Positions 48,375-50,596 of a stretch of DNA of 50,596 nucleotides are shown here, piece by piece. Where the stretch lies: the NCBI GenBank assembly GCA_050010455.1, contig JBEKLA010000002.1, forward strand, positions 1 to 50,596. The letters are read 5' to 3'. The notes beneath the pieces are model-generated. The model had not been told where the DNA came from and did not search any database. It saw only the letters and a program-made list of their open reading frames with translations. The position numbers and the translations under genes are program-made. The stretch's first letter is position 1; the number at the start of each line of letters is the position of its first letter. The stretch comes from Candidatus Binataceae bacterium (GTDB lineage Bacteria > Desulfobacterota > Binatia > Binatales > Binataceae).

Positions 48375-48386
48375 CGGACATCCCCA

Positions 48387-48707
48387 TCATCGTGCTTCCT
48401 GGTGCGTTCGCTCGCTCAAGGCCCGCTCGACATCGCTCAGCCGGAACCGGATATATCTGCCGAGCCTGAAGCTCGGAATTTTGCGCGCGCGCCCCTCGGC
48501 CCGCACCCAGCTTTCTGGAACCTTAAGGCGCCCGGCGAGCTCGCTCGCTGTGAGCAGATTGTCAGCGCTGGACGCGCTCTCGCCATTGCGACAGGTGCCG
48601 CTCTCGCCCAGAAGCCGAGCAGTCAGGAATGCCAGAACAGCAGGAATCTGATCGACCGGGATGCGCCTGGCCCACTCCACCACCGCCACGTCCATCCTCT
48701 CCTGCAT
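48387..48707 (-). CDS. Excisionase-like helix-turn-helix DNA-binding protein
   Basis: LLTASELAGRLKVPESWV....RARKIPSFRLGRYIRF; immediately upstream of int; start at ATG 48707. Confidence 0.82.
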   Translation of the reverse strand: MQERMDVAVVEWARRIPVDQIPAVLAFLTARLLGESGTCRNGESASSADNLLTASELAGRLKVPESWVRAEGRARKIPSFRLGRYIRFRLSDVERALSERTHQEAR

Positions 48708-48721
48708 CCCCGTGTCCTGCG

Positions 48722-49343
48722 TCAGCCTTCGATCAGTCTCGGTTCCAGACTGAGGTCCGCGAGCCGTTGTAGTGCTACCGCCGCATATCCGGGATCGATC
48801 TCGCAACCGAAACCGACGCGGCCAAGTTGCTGCGCGGCGACCAGCGTTGTTCCCGATCCAGCGAACGGGTCGTAAACGACGTCGCCGACGCAACTGCTGT
48901 TGCGGATCATTCGCGCGACGAGTTCAACCGGCTTGGTGGTCGGATGCAGGTCGCTAAGGTGCGGCTTGTCGACCTCGAAAACCGAGTCCTGGGTGCGTTC
49001 GTCGGTGAAGTAGTGCGCGCCGTTATCTAGCCAACCGTATAAAATCGGCTCGTGCCTGTAGTGGTAGTCCGAGCGGCCGATCACGAACTGCTGCTTCACC
49101 CAGACCAGCCCCGCGCGATACGAAAAACCGCCTTGCTCGAATGCCTCGATGAAGCCCCGCAGCAAAGGGCCGCCGGGCACTGTCGCGTAACACGACGCGC
49201 CGGGCCGCGCATGCCCCGCCGCGGTGCGGAGCGCACTCGCGAACAGCGCAAAAACCTCTTTGGCGCTGAGATGGTCGTTCTCGATCGGCTTCTGAACGCG
49301 ATTCCCGCGATCGCCGGCGTTCAAGAACTCGTTCTTGTCGGCG
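48722..49343 (-). pseudogene. Phage-type N6/N4 DNA methyltransferase, C-terminal part, interrupted by IS21
   Basis: IENDHL, DYHYRHEPILYGW, HPTTKPVEL, YDPFAGSGTT, EIDP.Y; DPPY motif absent because the sequence switches to the IS end at 49344. Confidence 0.85.
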
Positions 49344-50596
49344 TGAGAGCGCCAGAGAGAAAATCCCTCACAGAAGCAGCCGGATAGGCCGGTTGCAGCG
49401 GAGTAAAAATCCGGCAGCAATGGCCCATTTGCCGAGGAGCGGCAAAGGTGGGCGGAGGGATGAAACGGGTGGAACTATACGCGCAGGTACGACGAGCGGT
49501 TTACGTAGAGGGAATCAGTCAGCGGGGTTATGGAATCGACCCGCGGACGGTGGCGAAGATGCTGGCGTTCTCTGTGCCGCCTGGTTATCGACGGAGCCGG
49601 CCGCCGGCGCGGCCCAAGCTGGATCCGTTTGTCGGGATCATCGACCAGATCTTAGAAGAAGATAAGTCCCAGCCGGCCAAGCAGCAGCACACGGCGAAAC
49701 GGATTTTCGAGCGGCTGCGCGATGAGCATGGGTACAACGGTGGGGTCTCGATCGTAAGGGGCTACGTGCACGAGCACCGCCAGCGGCTGCGCGAGATGTT
49801 CGTGCCGTTGCGTCACGATCCTGGACACGCGCAAGTCGACTTCGGCGAAGCGCTCGCAGTGATCGCAGGCGAGGAGTGCAAGATCCACTTTTTTGCGATG
49901 GATCTGCCGCACAGCGATGCATGTTTGGTGCAGGCCTATCCGGCGGAGAGCAGCGAAGCCTTCTGCGAAGGGCACAACGTGAGCTTCGAGTTCTTCGGCG
50001 GAGTGCCGCGATCGATCCTCTACGATAACCTCAAGCTGGCGGTGGCGCGCATTCTCGGGGATGGCACCCGCCGGCGCACGCGAATCTTCAGTGAACTGCA
50101 GTCCTACTATCTGTTCGCCGACCGCTTCGGGCGGCCGGGCAAAGGCAACGATAAGGGCAAGGTCGAGGGGTTGGTCGGCTACGCGCGGCGCAACTTCATG
50201 GTTCCCATCCCGCGCGCGGCCAGCTTCGCTGAGCTCAATGCGCAGTTACTGGAGTGCTGCCGTCGGCGCCTGAATGATCGGCTGCGTGGTCATGACGAGA
50301 CCATCGGCGAGCGGTTGGCGCGGGACCGTGAAGCCTTACTGCCGCTACCACCTGCTCCCTATGAGGCCTGCGAAAAGAAGCCCGCGCGGGTCAGCTCGTT
50401 GTCGCTGGTGCGCTATCGCGGCAACGACTATTCGGTGCCGACCGCATACGGGCATCGCGAGGTCCTGGTCCGCGGTTACGTCCACGAAGTGGTGATCGCC
50501 TGCGCCGGCGAGGAGATCGCCCGGCACGCGCGTTCCTACGCGCACGAGGACTTCGTGTTCAACCCATTGCATTACCTGGCCCTGCTGGAACGCAAG
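49344..50596 (+). mobile_element. IS21-family insertion sequence (left end; runs off window)
   Basis: Begins TG(AGAGCGCCAGAGAGAAAATCC) with a related internal repeat (GCAGCGGAGTAAAAATCC near 49396), followed by istA. Confidence 0.88.
49460..50596 (+). CDS. istA: IS21 transposase IstA (3' truncated by window edge; absent from ORF track)
   Basis: GGAGG RBS; MKRVELYAQVRRAV.., KQQHTAKRIFERLRDEHGY, FVPL.H.PG.AQVDFG, ILYDNLK, DKGKVEG, HYLALLERK; start and window end are in the same frame. Confidence 0.93.
   Translation, partial: MKRVELYAQVRRAVYVEGISQRGYGIDPRTVAKMLAFSVPPGYRRSRPPARPKLDPFVGIIDQILEEDKSQPAKQQHTAKRIFERLRDEHGYNGGVSIVRGYVHEHRQRLREMFVPLRHDPGHAQVDFGEALAVIAGEECKIHFFAMDLPHSDACLVQAYPAESSEAFCEGHNVSFEFFGGVPRSILYDNLKLAVARILGDGTRRRTRIFSELQSYYLFADRFGRPGKGNDKGKVEGLVGYARRNFMVPIPRAASFAELNAQLLECCRRRLNDRLRGHDETIGERLARDREALLPLPPAPYEACEKKPARVSSLSLVRYRGNDYSVPTAYGHREVLVRGYVHEVVIACAGEEIARHARSYAHEDFVFNPLHYLALLERK

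Larger units (their letters stand above)
45578..50596. mobile_element. Integrative element / genomic island adjoining selC (continues beyond the window)
   Basis: Tyrosine integrase, excisionase-like gene, phage-type DNA methyltransferase, att-like AT-rich segment and tandem repeats next to the tRNA. Confidence 0.75.

Noticed and set aside
1-50596. CRISPR array, rRNA or anti-phage defence system
   Set aside because: No regularly spaced repeats or rRNA-like sequence seen; the only methyltransferase is disrupted and has no visible nuclease partner

Overview
GC-rich bacterial chromosomal segment. Gene content and style resemble Candidatus Binatia/Binatota, but this is an inference. Left part (1-15.2 kb): two GT4 glycosyltransferases, grxD-bolA, a VWA protein, a histidine phosphatase, moeZ-like, short-form thiC, archease, SDRs, a TPR protein, an AGPS-like FAD oxidase whose 3' end is duplicated around an Imm5-like gene, and an M1 aminopeptidase. 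Centre (15.3-38.7 kb): a large hopanoid cluster (hpnK, hpnG, CruF-like, hpnA, hpnE, hpnD, hpnC, dxr, shc, Zn-dependent dehydrogenase, ispA, hpnH, TetR). It adjoins an uncharacterised head-group-like module (Gfo/Idh/MocA, LLM, GmhB-like HAD, class III aminotransferase, ATP-grasp, nucleotidyltransferase, HAD; divergent CDP-alcohol phosphotransferase and B12 radical SAM). A shared 14-bp palindrome (TGACCGNNCGGTCA-like, five copies) links the two parts. Right part: a TusA / DsrE / TusA-MetE-fusion operon, two haloalkane-dehalogenase-family genes, an SDR and tRNA-Sec. On the 5' side of the tRNA lies a tyrosine-integrase element carrying an NmrA gene, an excisionase-like gene and a DNA methyltransferase cut by an IS21 element that runs off the window. 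No CRISPR array or rRNA was seen. All calls come from motif recognition by eye; no database searches were run.
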